Source: Erythrobacteraceae bacterium (GTDB lineage: Bacteria > Pseudomonadota > Alphaproteobacteria > Sphingomonadales > Sphingomonadaceae). From it: a DNA stretch of 64,000 nucleotides. The position numbers and the translations under genes were made by a program. The DNA lies in NCBI GenBank assembly GCA_031399025.1, contig JANNOJ010000015.1:36306-100305 (forward strand), read 5' to 3'. The notes under the pieces were generated by a model that made no database searches, was not told the origin of the DNA, and was given only the letters and a program-made list of their open reading frames with translations. This document shows positions 6,516 through 15,050 of the stretch, piece by piece; positions within the stretch are counted from its first letter, which is position 1; every line of letters begins with the position of its first letter.

Positions 6516-9365
6516 ATGAAAACGACACGGCGAGAGCTGATCGGCGGGGCAGCCGCGTTGGGGCTCGTCGTGGGCGGGGTGTGGCCGGCCCGCGGGGCGG
6601 CACCTCGGACGCTTGCTCTTACGCCGCGCGCGTTCGTGATCGACGGCCAACCCATCACGCTCATCCTGGGCGCAATCGACTATTTTCGCGTGCCTCCGGC
6701 GCTGTGGCGCGACCGGCTGCTGCGCGCCAAGCGCGCTGGCGTGAACGCGGTTGCCACCTATGTCGCCTGGAACGTGCACGAGCCGACCAATGGGCGATTT
6801 ACCTTCGAGGGCGACGCCGACCTGGGGCTCTTCCTCGACATCGCGCACGAATTGGGGATGTTCGCGTTCCCCCGGGTGGGACCGTTCATCTGCGCGGAGT
6901 GGGAGGGCGGCGGCCATCCCGGCTGGCTGTCCGCGCTCGGGGAGACGGAATTGCGCGCCGCGCATCCGCCCACGCTGGCGCTGGTGCGGCGGTACTTCGA
7001 ACGGCTGAGCGCCGTGCTCGCCCCGCGCCAGCTCGACCGCGGCGGTCCGATCGTGATGATCCAGCAAGAGAACGAGTTTTTCTTTGTCGGCCGTCCGGGC
7101 ACCAAGGAATATCAAGCTACTCTGGTGCGCTACCTGCGCGAGTTCGGCATCACGGTTCCGATTACCGACTGCAACGGGCTGCGCCCCGACACGCGCGTCG
7201 AGGGATCGATGGCGACGCTGAACGGGGGCGGCGAGGCGAACGTGCGGGCGCTCCAGGCCTACCAGCCCGACCGGCCGGCGATCGTCAGCGAGCTCTACAC
7301 CGACTACATCACCATGTGGGGCTGGCCAGCCAATTCGTACCCGACCACAGGTCATGTTCACCATCAGGCGTTCGAGACGGTCGCGGCGGGCGGCATGCCG
7401 GCATATTTCATGTTCCACGGCGGCACCAATTTCGGCTTCACTGCAAGCAACAGCTGGAAATCGGACCAGAGCTTCGTCACCACCCGCTATTACCCGCGCG
7501 CGCCGATCGCCGAGGGCGGGGCGCTCAACCCGACCTATTTCGCCCTGAAAGCCGTCCACCAGCCGCTGCGCGCGGCCGAGCGGTTCCTGACCGCGGCGCA
7601 GCCGGCGGACCTGCCGACCGCGATCGCCGGGCCGGTCCGCGCGAACGCGATGCAATGCCCGCAGGGGCTGCTGATCTTCGTCCAGCCGCGCACGCCCGAA
7701 CGCGTCGGGCACGTGTTCCACACCGACAACCGCTCGGGGCCGCTCATCCAATTGGAGGAGCAGTGGCCGATGGTCGAGGAGGCGGCACTGGCGGGGACCA
7801 TCCGCCTGCCGACGGGCGCAGTCGTCGAGCTGGCCGAACCGTCGTCGACGCCCTCGGTGCTGCCATGGGCGCTCGAGATCGATCCCGGCCGGCGGATCGA
7901 CTGGAGCAATGCGACGCTGATCGGCCTTGCCGGCAGCGCCGCGCGCCGCGTGGTGATCCTGCGCGGCGCGGCGGGGCGGCAGGGGGTCATATCGATAAGC
8001 GGACGTGAGGCCGCCTTCACCTTCGCCGACGCGCCGGTGCGGCTGGAGGTGGGCGGTGTTGCCGTGATCGGTCTGGACGAGGGCGCGGCGGCGCGGACCT
8101 GGTTCGCCGACGGGCGCACGCTGATCGGCCCTGCTTATGTGGGCGAGGCACGGGGCGAGGCTCACGAGTGCTGGCTCGACGGCGACAGCGCCGCGCTGAC
8201 GACCGTCTCGAGCGCCGGCGAGATCGCGACCCGCACGCTGGCGCCCGCCGCGATTGCCAGCGCGCGGGTGGCGTTGTCCAACTGGTCGGCGCGGTCGCTG
8301 CCTGAAATCGGCGCGGCGGAGGGCTGGGAGCCGCTGCCCGGTCCGCGCTCGCTCGAAACGCTGGGGGTGCTTCATGGATATGCGTGGTATCGGGCCCGCG
8401 CCACGTCACCTACGGCGCGGCGTGCGGGCCTATTCTTTACCGCTGCCGCCGATCGGCTGACCGTGTTCATCAACGGCACCCGGGCGGGCGTGTGGGGGCG
8501 CGGCCCGGGCGCGGAACGCGACGCTCTGCCCGTCGAGCTGCGCGCCGGGAGCAACGACATCGTGCTCCTTGCCGACAACATGGGCCGGCGGTCAGAGGGG
8601 GCGCTGCCCGATTCCAAAGGTGTGCTTGGTCCCGCCTATCTCGATGCGGTTGTGCGCCCGTTGCCCATCGCGTCGATGATGATTGTGGACGCCATGCCTA
8701 CCCAGTCGTGGCGCGCGCAGACCTACCGTCACTACTACAGGGAGGCGCCGATCGTGCGCGCCCGCTGGAGCTTGGAGGCCGGGGCGGGGGAGGGTCTGAC
8801 GCTCTCGCTGCGGTGGCTGCCGCAGTTCGCATGGGTGATGGTGAACGGCCGCGTGGTGGCCGAGCATCCGGGCGACCTTGCGTTGGCGGACGGCAGCGCA
8901 TTTGGCTCGGTGGTGCTCGATGAATATCTGACGGGTGGTGCGGTGACGCTCGACCTAGTGCTGATGGGCACGCCGGTTGGAGATCTGGCGGACCACGTCA
9001 AGCTGATCGCCTATCCGCGCGACAAGCTGTTGACCGGTTGGGCGTGGCGGCGATGGGCAGACCCGGTCCATGCCGGCACGCCCACGAAGGGCGATCCGTG
9101 TTGGTGGTCGACGAGCTTCGACCGGCCCGCGACGCCGGGGCCCTTCTTCCTGGTGACGGCGGGGCTGAGCAAAGGGCAAGCCTGGCTGAACGGCCGCGCG
9201 CTCGGCCGCTATTGGGAGATCGGGCCGCAACGCACGCTCTATCTGCCCGAGCCCTGGCTTACCCAGCGCAACCGGCTCGAGATCCTGGATGAGGAGGGGG
9301 CGAACCCACGCGGGCTGGAGGTGGTGCGCGACGTGAGCGTGCCGTCGGCCATGATTGTCGCGTGA
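6516..9365 (+). CDS. glycoside hydrolase family 35 beta-galactosidase with twin-arginine signal
   Basis: GH35 core FVIDGQPITLILGAIDYFRVPPALWRDRLLRAKRAGVNAVATYVAWNVHEPTNGRFTFEG...GPFICAEWEGGGHPGWL...IQQENEF. N-terminus MKTTRRELIGGAAALGLVVGG is Tat-like. GGAGA RBS upstream of ATG 6516. Confidence 0.85.
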   Translation: MKTTRRELIGGAAALGLVVGGVWPARGAAPRTLALTPRAFVIDGQPITLILGAIDYFRVPPALWRDRLLRAKRAGVNAVATYVAWNVHEPTNGRFTFEGDADLGLFLDIAHELGMFAFPRVGPFICAEWEGGGHPGWLSALGETELRAAHPPTLALVRRYFERLSAVLAPRQLDRGGPIVMIQQENEFFFVGRPGTKEYQATLVRYLREFGITVPITDCNGLRPDTRVEGSMATLNGGGEANVRALQAYQPDRPAIVSELYTDYITMWGWPANSYPTTGHVHHQAFETVAAGGMPAYFMFHGGTNFGFTASNSWKSDQSFVTTRYYPRAPIAEGGALNPTYFALKAVHQPLRAAERFLTAAQPADLPTAIAGPVRANAMQCPQGLLIFVQPRTPERVGHVFHTDNRSGPLIQLEEQWPMVEEAALAGTIRLPTGAVVELAEPSSTPSVLPWALEIDPGRRIDWSNATLIGLAGSAARRVVILRGAAGRQGVISISGREAAFTFADAPVRLEVGGVAVIGLDEGAAARTWFADGRTLIGPAYVGEARGEAHECWLDGDSAALTTVSSAGEIATRTLAPAAIASARVALSNWSARSLPEIGAAEGWEPLPGPRSLETLGVLHGYAWYRARATSPTARRAGLFFTAAADRLTVFINGTRAGVWGRGPGAERDALPVELRAGSNDIVLLADNMGRRSEGALPDSKGVLGPAYLDAVVRPLPIASMMIVDAMPTQSWRAQTYRHYYREAPIVRARWSLEAGAGEGLTLSLRWLPQFAWVMVNGRVVAEHPGDLALADGSAFGSVVLDEYLTGGAVTLDLVLMGTPVGDLADHVKLIAYPRDKLLTGWAWRRWADPVHAGTPTKGDPCWWSTSFDRPATPGPFFLVTAGLSKGQAWLNGRALGRYWEIGPQRTLYLPEPWLTQRNRLEILDEEGANPRGLEVVRDVSVPSAMIVA

Positions 9366-9611
9366 TCCGCGCCGGGCCGGTCGGGTTTCTCGCGCCGCGC
9401 ACATGAGTGAAGCGCCGCCGACGCCCCGCGCGGAGGCGGTCGACGCGGCGATCAAGGTGAAGTTCGCCCGCCTTGCGGCGGCGTAGTATTGCGCGGGCGC
9501 GGTGGTGTTGTTCAGCATAGCAAAGGTCGCAATGCTAGATGGTGGGCGAGGGTGCGAATACAGCCTGGAAGACGGGCAATCTGATCCGATACTTCCGCCA
9601 CACGCACGTCC

Positions 9612-10425
9612 TCAGCACCGCAAGGGCAGAACCCCCTACGGAATGTGCAGATGCTAGCGTGAGTTGATGACGGCTGCGGCGAGCTGGATGATGGCGCTGA
9701 ACCTGTGGCCGGTGCGGTCGGCGGGCATGGCGCTGCGGGCGAACTGTGCGGGCTTGCACCAGGACGCCGTGGGCAGGTGGCTCGATCCCGGCCGTGCCGG
9801 AGCGATGACCCGGCAGCAGTCTGACGCACGCCGTTGCCGAGCGCATCGGCGAGCGCCAGGATCTGGCGCGTCATGCCACCCTTGGACTTGCCTGCGGCCC
9901 GGCTCCGAGTTCCCCTGTTGCGCCCTGTGCATGATGGCGAACCTTGACGATCGTGGCGCCCGCCATGGCTTAGCCCATGTCCGGCTCGGCCGAGCAGGCC
10001 TTGAAAAGGCTCACGAGAGCGACGGCTTTGCGCCGGTCGCCGTCGCGTCGGCGGGCCGTGCTGCCATTGTCGAACATCGCCGCCGGGCGCGCCCCGGGGC
10101 GGCCGGTCCGCGCGATCCACACAATCGCCTCGGGAAACGGCGGTTGTCACTCGCGCTGGGTATCGGCCGGTACGGCGCGTTCCATCCGCAGCGTGAATCA
10201 CCTCACGCCCTCATGAAGCCTAGGTCCCGACACAGCCTAGGGCGGCGCGCGCAGAGCGAAAGCAGCCGGTACGTAGTGCCTTTGCCTACATGCCGCTCGC
10301 GGCGGCTTTCCCTCGATCCGACCAGGCCGGGCTCCAGGATCATTTTTCGGGGTGATCGCCGGGTGGGAGATCTATCCGACACCTTGATCACGGCCACTGC
10401 CATTCAGATCGGTCACCCCCCCCTC
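9612..10425 (-). mobile_element. decayed IS5-family (IS427-like size) insertion sequence; transposase broken over three frames
   Basis: Transposase motifs are scattered over different minus frames: ILEPGL..., AAFALRAPP(stop) in place of the LRTGxPWRDLP motif, GKSKGGMTRQILALADALGN (GxSRGGxxTKIH motif), and the C-terminal tail FSAIIQLAAAVINSR. The tail and following bases are related to 38574-38640. Confidence 0.5.
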
Positions 10426-10564
10426 ATGCCCCGACCGATATTCCGCCCGTCGGTCTGGCCTGAACGGCGGATTGGGGTAGGAGAGGACGGCGAGCAACTG
10501 CCGGTTGGTCAGCAACCGGCGACGGCGGCGCGACCGCCCTGGGAACACCTTCTCGCGCGCAGCC

Positions 10565-11332
10565 TCAGGCAGCGCGGGGCAGGGCGCGGGGGGCCGCGGC
10601 CGAAGCCCGGCCGGCGGTTCCGGCAAGCAGGCGGAGGGGCATCGCGGCGGCGCTCCCCTGCCCGGCCAGCGGAGAAAAAGCGGTGGATTGCAGCCCGGCG
10701 ATGCATTGCAGCCTGACTGCCTCGGCCGAATGCGTCACGCCCAGCTTGTCCATCATGTTGGCGCGGTGGATCTCAACCGTGCGCGGGCTGATGTCGAGCG
10801 CGCGGGCGATGAGCTTGTTGGAATAGCCTTCCGCCAGCCAGTCGAGCACTTGGCGTTCGCGGCGGCTGAGGGTGGCGATGCTCCGCTGCGCTTCCACCAT
10901 GCTGCGTCGTCCGCTGATCTGCCGCTCGGCCCCGCCGTCTATCTTGTTCACCATGCGGGCAAGGTCGTCAGGGGCCAACGGCAGCGACAGGAAGTCGAGC
11001 GCGCCTTCCTCCACGGCGCGGACCACGTCCTGCACGCCGGGTGCATCGGCGACCGCCACCACCGGCAGCCAGATCCCCGCAGTGCCCAGGCGCCCGATCA
11101 CCAGGCCGATGCCGCTGCCCAGCAGTTCACCGCCGACCAGAACCACCCCTGCCCCGATCGGCCGAGCGACCAGTTCGACCAGGTCTGCGTAGACTTCGGC
11201 ATGGCAGCCATATGCGAATGCGGCGCGCGCCTGCTCGGCGCGCGAGCGGCTGGTGCCGCCGACGATGTGGAGGGTGGGTTGCATTTCCATGAGCGCAAGA
11301 CTGCTGCTGCCCACTGCTTCGCTCATGTCCAA
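10565..11332 (-). CDS. LuxR/FixJ-type transcriptional regulator with degenerate (pseudo) receiver domain
   Basis: C-terminal LuxR HTH (LSRRERQVLDWLAEGYSNKLIARALDISPRTVEIHRANMMDKLG). The N-terminal region has receiver-like topology but lacks the acidic pocket, phospho-Asp and Lys (see finding). Confidence 0.75.
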   Translation of the reverse strand: MDMSEAVGSSSLALMEMQPTLHIVGGTSRSRAEQARAAFAYGCHAEVYADLVELVARPIGAGVVLVGGELLGSGIGLVIGRLGTAGIWLPVVAVADAPGVQDVVRAVEEGALDFLSLPLAPDDLARMVNKIDGGAERQISGRRSMVEAQRSIATLSRRERQVLDWLAEGYSNKLIARALDISPRTVEIHRANMMDKLGVTHSAEAVRLQCIAGLQSTAFSPLAGQGSAAAMPLRLLAGTAGRASAAAPRALPRAA

Positions 11333-11541
11333 CTGCCCCGGTTTCCGAGCCTTTCAACCGGCCCTTGGAACCTTATGGCGGCAATTTCCTGCCGATTGGT
11401 TAATATCGGAGTGCATTTAACCTGCGTACCATTTCGCTCCGGGCAAGCCCTTAGGGATCGTTTACTCGCCCTTTACCAGTTCCCCCCAATAGAGGGCTCG
11501 CCGAATCACAGCCAGCGGGTGGGCAAAGGACTGCAGGCAAC

Positions 11542-12288
11542 TTACCGGGAGGGTTGATAGAAGCTGTAATCGGGCAGCGAATGGAAAGCGGTCCGCAACG
11601 CCTCGCTCCAGCTGGACGAGATGGCGACGTAATAGGGATCGGACTGCTCGATCCGGCGCTCGTGCAGCGCCTTGAAGCCATCGCGCTCGATGACCAGGAG
11701 GTCGAGCGGCAGGCCGACCGACAAATTCGCCTTGAGGGTGGAGTCGAAACTGACCATCAGCAGCTTGACCGCATCCTCGAAGCTCATTCCCCGGTCGTAA
11801 CCGCGGATGATGATCGGGCGGCCATATTTGGTCTCGCCGATCTGGAAGAACGGGGTGTCGAAGCTCGCCTCGATGAAATTGCCTTCGGGATAAATGAGGA
11901 ACAGGCGCGGCTGCATTCCCTTGATCTGGCCGGCCAGGATGATCGAGGCGGTGAAGCGCGAGGAGCCCGACTTGTTTTCCGCCTGGGTGCCGCGGACGGT
12001 CTCGCGCAGCAGCTTGCCGGCTTCGGAGGCAGCCTGGAACATGGTCGGCAGACCGAGCAGCGAATTCTGCCGATCGTCGGGCGTCTTGGTGCGTTCCTCG
12101 AGCCGGCTGATCACCGCCTGAGTGGTGGCAAGGTTGCCAGCGGTCATCAGCGAGATGATCCGCTCGCCCGGCACCGTCCAGTGGAACATTTTGCGGAATA
12201 CCGAGATGTTGTCGACGCCCGAATTGGTCCGGGTGTCGCTCATCAGTACCAGGCCCTTGTCGAGCAATAATCCCACGCAATAGGTCAT
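11542..12288 (-). CDS. Anbu (ancestral beta-subunit) proteasome-homolog peptidase
   Basis: 248 aa starting MTYCVGLLLDKGLVLMSDTRTNSGVDNISVFRKMF...TAGNLATTQAV...YFQIGETKYGRPII...DSTLKANLSVGLPLDL. Ntn-hydrolase with Thr directly after Met. Lies in the canonical operon context. Confidence 0.85.
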   Translation of the reverse strand: MTYCVGLLLDKGLVLMSDTRTNSGVDNISVFRKMFHWTVPGERIISLMTAGNLATTQAVISRLEERTKTPDDRQNSLLGLPTMFQAASEAGKLLRETVRGTQAENKSGSSRFTASIILAGQIKGMQPRLFLIYPEGNFIEASFDTPFFQIGETKYGRPIIIRGYDRGMSFEDAVKLLMVSFDSTLKANLSVGLPLDLLVIERDGFKALHERRIEQSDPYYVAISSSWSEALRTAFHSLPDYSFYQPSR

Positions 12289-13232
12289 CGTCAGGCCTGT
12301 GCCATCCCTCTCTTGGTGCTGCTGCGTCGCACCGGCAAGCCCGGGCCGGTTGGGGCGATCGGCAGGGCGCCCGGCCGCCGGTCGGCGCTGGCCTTCCTGC
12401 CAACAAGCAATCGGCCAATCCCCAAAGGCTCGGCGGCGGGCGACCGGCGCGCCAAGTGCGGGAACAGCACCGGGTACAGGGTCGCGTTCGGGCCGTCAGC
12501 ACCCCCGTCTGCCGCGCCGGAAGCACTCGCGCACGCGCTCATTGCGACCGCGCGACGCTTCATCGCGCGACCGCCGGCTTTGCCCCTGGTACGCATCGCC
12601 GTGCGCCATGGTCAAGCCGGACGGTCGGCGCTGCTCGCAGATAGTCGCGGCGGACGGCCTCATGAGTTTTCGCGCCAGGCCTCGCCCGGCCGTTGCTTCT
12701 CGCCAGCTTGTTCACTGAAGTTCCCCGCCAGCCGATCGTTCTATTGCCGGACCCAGAGCCGTAGACCCGGCGGCGCCATGCCCTCGCTGATCCCTGCGAT
12801 CGACGCCGGGTTGGCATCTTTGCAAGCCGTGACGGCCGGGTATGGCGCCCGCGCGCGGGCGGCCTGCCTGCACACGCGCACCTGTTTGTTGCCGCCATTG
12901 GGCGACCGGTTGATCCAGCGCCGCCGCATCCTCCACCGTCAGCCCCGCGGCCGCGTTGACCCGGCTTATCCCGGCGAGCGCCACCGTGTCGCAATCGGTG
13001 CGGCCCGTTGCCGTAGAGCTTCTCGCAACTTCTCCCCGCCGAACCGCAGATATGCGCGCGCCCGCTCATTGCCGCTGCCTGGGGACCCGGTGCGCCACCG
13101 TCGCGGTTAGGCGCGCGAGGATGGTGTCGGCGCCCTTGCCGCCGATCGATGCCCGATCACGGTTGTCGCGGCGAGTGACCAGAGGGCGTGGCGCAACCAC
13201 TCCTGGCCGGACTGCCGCATGCGCGCACCTGC
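12289..13232 (-). other. about 0.94-kb stretch inside the Anbu operon with no intact convincing CDS (possible decayed gene or genes)
   Basis: Several short high-GC3 minus-strand frames that switch frame. One is MRQSGQEWLRHALWSLAATTV..., then ...IGGKGADTILARLTATVAHRVP, then ...TGRTDCDTVALAGISRVNAAAGLTVEDAAALDQPV, then ...SPNGGNKQVRVCRQ...ISEGMAPPGLRLWV. A 90-codon ORF 12291-12563 (MKRRAVAMSACASASG..., lipobox-like) ends 2 nt before the Anbu ATG. Confidence 0.3.
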
Positions 13233-14054
13233 TCATTGCTGCTGGCCCGCGACCTGCTGTTCCACCGCCACCTCCACCGTGAGGCCCGCGGTTACCGCGC
13301 CGTAGCTGATGCCGGTGATCGGCGCCGCGTCGCGGTAGTCGCGACCCGTGGCCACGCGGACGTAGCGCGGATCGGGGCTGATCTGGTTGGAGATATCGAA
13401 ACCTACCCAGCCCAGGCCCTCGACAAAGGCTTCCGCCCAGGCGTGGGTCGCTTCCTGCTCGACCCGGTCGTTCATCATCAGGTAGCCGCTGACATAGCGG
13501 GCGGGGATTTCCAGGGCGCGGGCGGCGGCGATGAAGATATGCGCGTGGTCCTGGCACACCCCCTGGCCGGCAGCGACTGCCTCCTCGGCGCTGGTATCGA
13601 CGCCGGTCTCGCCGGTGGCGTAATCGACCGCGCTGCAGATGGTGGCCGAAAGCTGGTGCAGCGTGGGCACGAGGCCGGTTTCGCCGCGATCGACCGAGGC
13701 GATCAGCTGCCTGATCTTGGGGCCCGGCCGGGTCAGCCTGGTCTGCCCGAGGAAGGCCCACAGCGGCAGGTGGCCGGCATGGTGGCCGAGCACGCCGGCC
13801 TTGTCTTCGGTATCCACCTGGCCGGTGCAGGTGACCATCACTTCGCGCACGCCCGTCTCCACCGAGATCAGGGTGACGTGGTTGTGGTTCTGGTCATCAT
13901 AGGCGAACTCCTCGCGCGCACCTTCGTACTCCATCCGCCAATCACGGATGCGCTGGCCCTGCGTGGTTTTGGGGGTCAGTCGCAGCCGCTGCAGTCCGTG
14001 CGCCACGGGCTTGGCGAAGCTGTAGCGGGTGGTGTGGCGGATGGCGAGGCGCAT
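13233..14054 (-). CDS. transglutaminase-like cysteine peptidase family protein
   Basis: 273 aa from MRLAIRHTTRYSF. Cys-His-Asp core GQGVCQDHAHIF ... ATHAWAEAF ... WVGFDISN. Operon partner of the alpha-E and cpATP-grasp genes. Confidence 0.85.
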   Translation of the reverse strand: MRLAIRHTTRYSFAKPVAHGLQRLRLTPKTTQGQRIRDWRMEYEGAREEFAYDDQNHNHVTLISVETGVREVMVTCTGQVDTEDKAGVLGHHAGHLPLWAFLGQTRLTRPGPKIRQLIASVDRGETGLVPTLHQLSATICSAVDYATGETGVDTSAEEAVAAGQGVCQDHAHIFIAAARALEIPARYVSGYLMMNDRVEQEATHAWAEAFVEGLGWVGFDISNQISPDPRYVRVATGRDYRDAAPITGISYGAVTAGLTVEVAVEQQVAGQQQ

Positions 14055-14076
14055 GAGGGGCTGTCCCTTCGGGGGC

Positions 14077-15021
14077 TCAAGAGATGAAGCGGTAGTCCTC
14101 GGCAATGGCCGAGGCGATCGTGTGATTGTGCCTGATGAAATCGATGAGAAACTCGTGCAGCCCCTGGTCGAAGATGTTCTCGATGGTGCGGTCGCCCAGG
14201 CTGAGGTCGGACTGGCGCATGCATTCGTGGCAGCGGCGCTCGTGGCCGTGCAGGCGGGCGAGCGCGGCCAGGTTCTCCCGCATCGCGGCATAGCAGAAGG
14301 CGAGGCTGCGCGGGAAGCGATCGTCCAGGATCAGGAATTCGGCGATGGAGCGGGCGTCCATGCGCCCGGCATTGAGCCAGCGATAGGCGCGCTCGCCCGA
14401 AAGCGAGCGCAGGATATTGTCCCATTGCCCCGTATCGAGGGCGGTGCCCACGTAAGACAGCGAGGGCAGCAGCAGGTAGTATTTGACGTCCAGGATGCGG
14501 GCGGTGTTGTCGGCGCGCTCGAGGAAGGTGCCCGAGCGGGCGAAGGAATAGGTCTCGTTGCGCAGCATCGAGCCGTGGGTGGCGCCGCGCGCGAGGGTGG
14601 ATTCGCGCCGGATCGCCGCCAAAGCGAGGCCCAGATTGCTCTCGCGGACCGGCCGGGCGAGCAGGTCGCGCAGCGTCATCCACCCCTCGTTGATCGCCTC
14701 CCACACCTCGGCGGTGATGGCCGAGCGGCAATAGCGCGCATTCATCCGGGCGCGTTCGAACATGGTCAGCACGCTTTCGGCGTTGTTGCGCCCGCGCAGC
14801 ACGAAGTCGCAGACATGCGCCCCGTCATAGCCCTCGTGCGTGGCATCGTAGGCGTTAAGCAGGCCCAGCGTGGTGAGCACCGAGCGCCATTCCTCGGACG
14901 CGACGTCCTGCCCGCGGGTGAGCGTCATCCGGTGGCCGGCGGCGAGCAGGCGCACGGTGTTCTCGGCACGTTCGAGATAGCGGTACATCCAGAAGATGCC
15001 GTTCGCCACCCTACCGAGCAT
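14077..15021 (-). CDS. alpha-E domain protein
   Basis: 314 aa starting MLGRVANGIFWMYRYLERAENTVRLL, the typical alpha-E N-terminus. Always paired with the circularly permuted ATP-grasp protein. Confidence 0.85.
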   Translation of the reverse strand: MLGRVANGIFWMYRYLERAENTVRLLAAGHRMTLTRGQDVASEEWRSVLTTLGLLNAYDATHEGYDGAHVCDFVLRGRNNAESVLTMFERARMNARYCRSAITAEVWEAINEGWMTLRDLLARPVRESNLGLALAAIRRESTLARGATHGSMLRNETYSFARSGTFLERADNTARILDVKYYLLLPSLSYVGTALDTGQWDNILRSLSGERAYRWLNAGRMDARSIAEFLILDDRFPRSLAFCYAAMRENLAALARLHGHERRCHECMRQSDLSLGDRTIENIFDQGLHEFLIDFIRHNHTIASAIAEDYRFIS

Positions 15022-15050
15022 GATGCCGGCCTAGCATGGACCCATCGCTC

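Noticed and set aside
8955-9518. 187-aa minus ORF overlapping the 3' end of the GH35 gene
   Set aside because: Only the first ~35 codons (about 9415-9518) show coding-like GC3. The rest is antisense to GH35 and Arg/Pro-rich. At most it is a truncated gene head (mentioned under the IS-relic finding).
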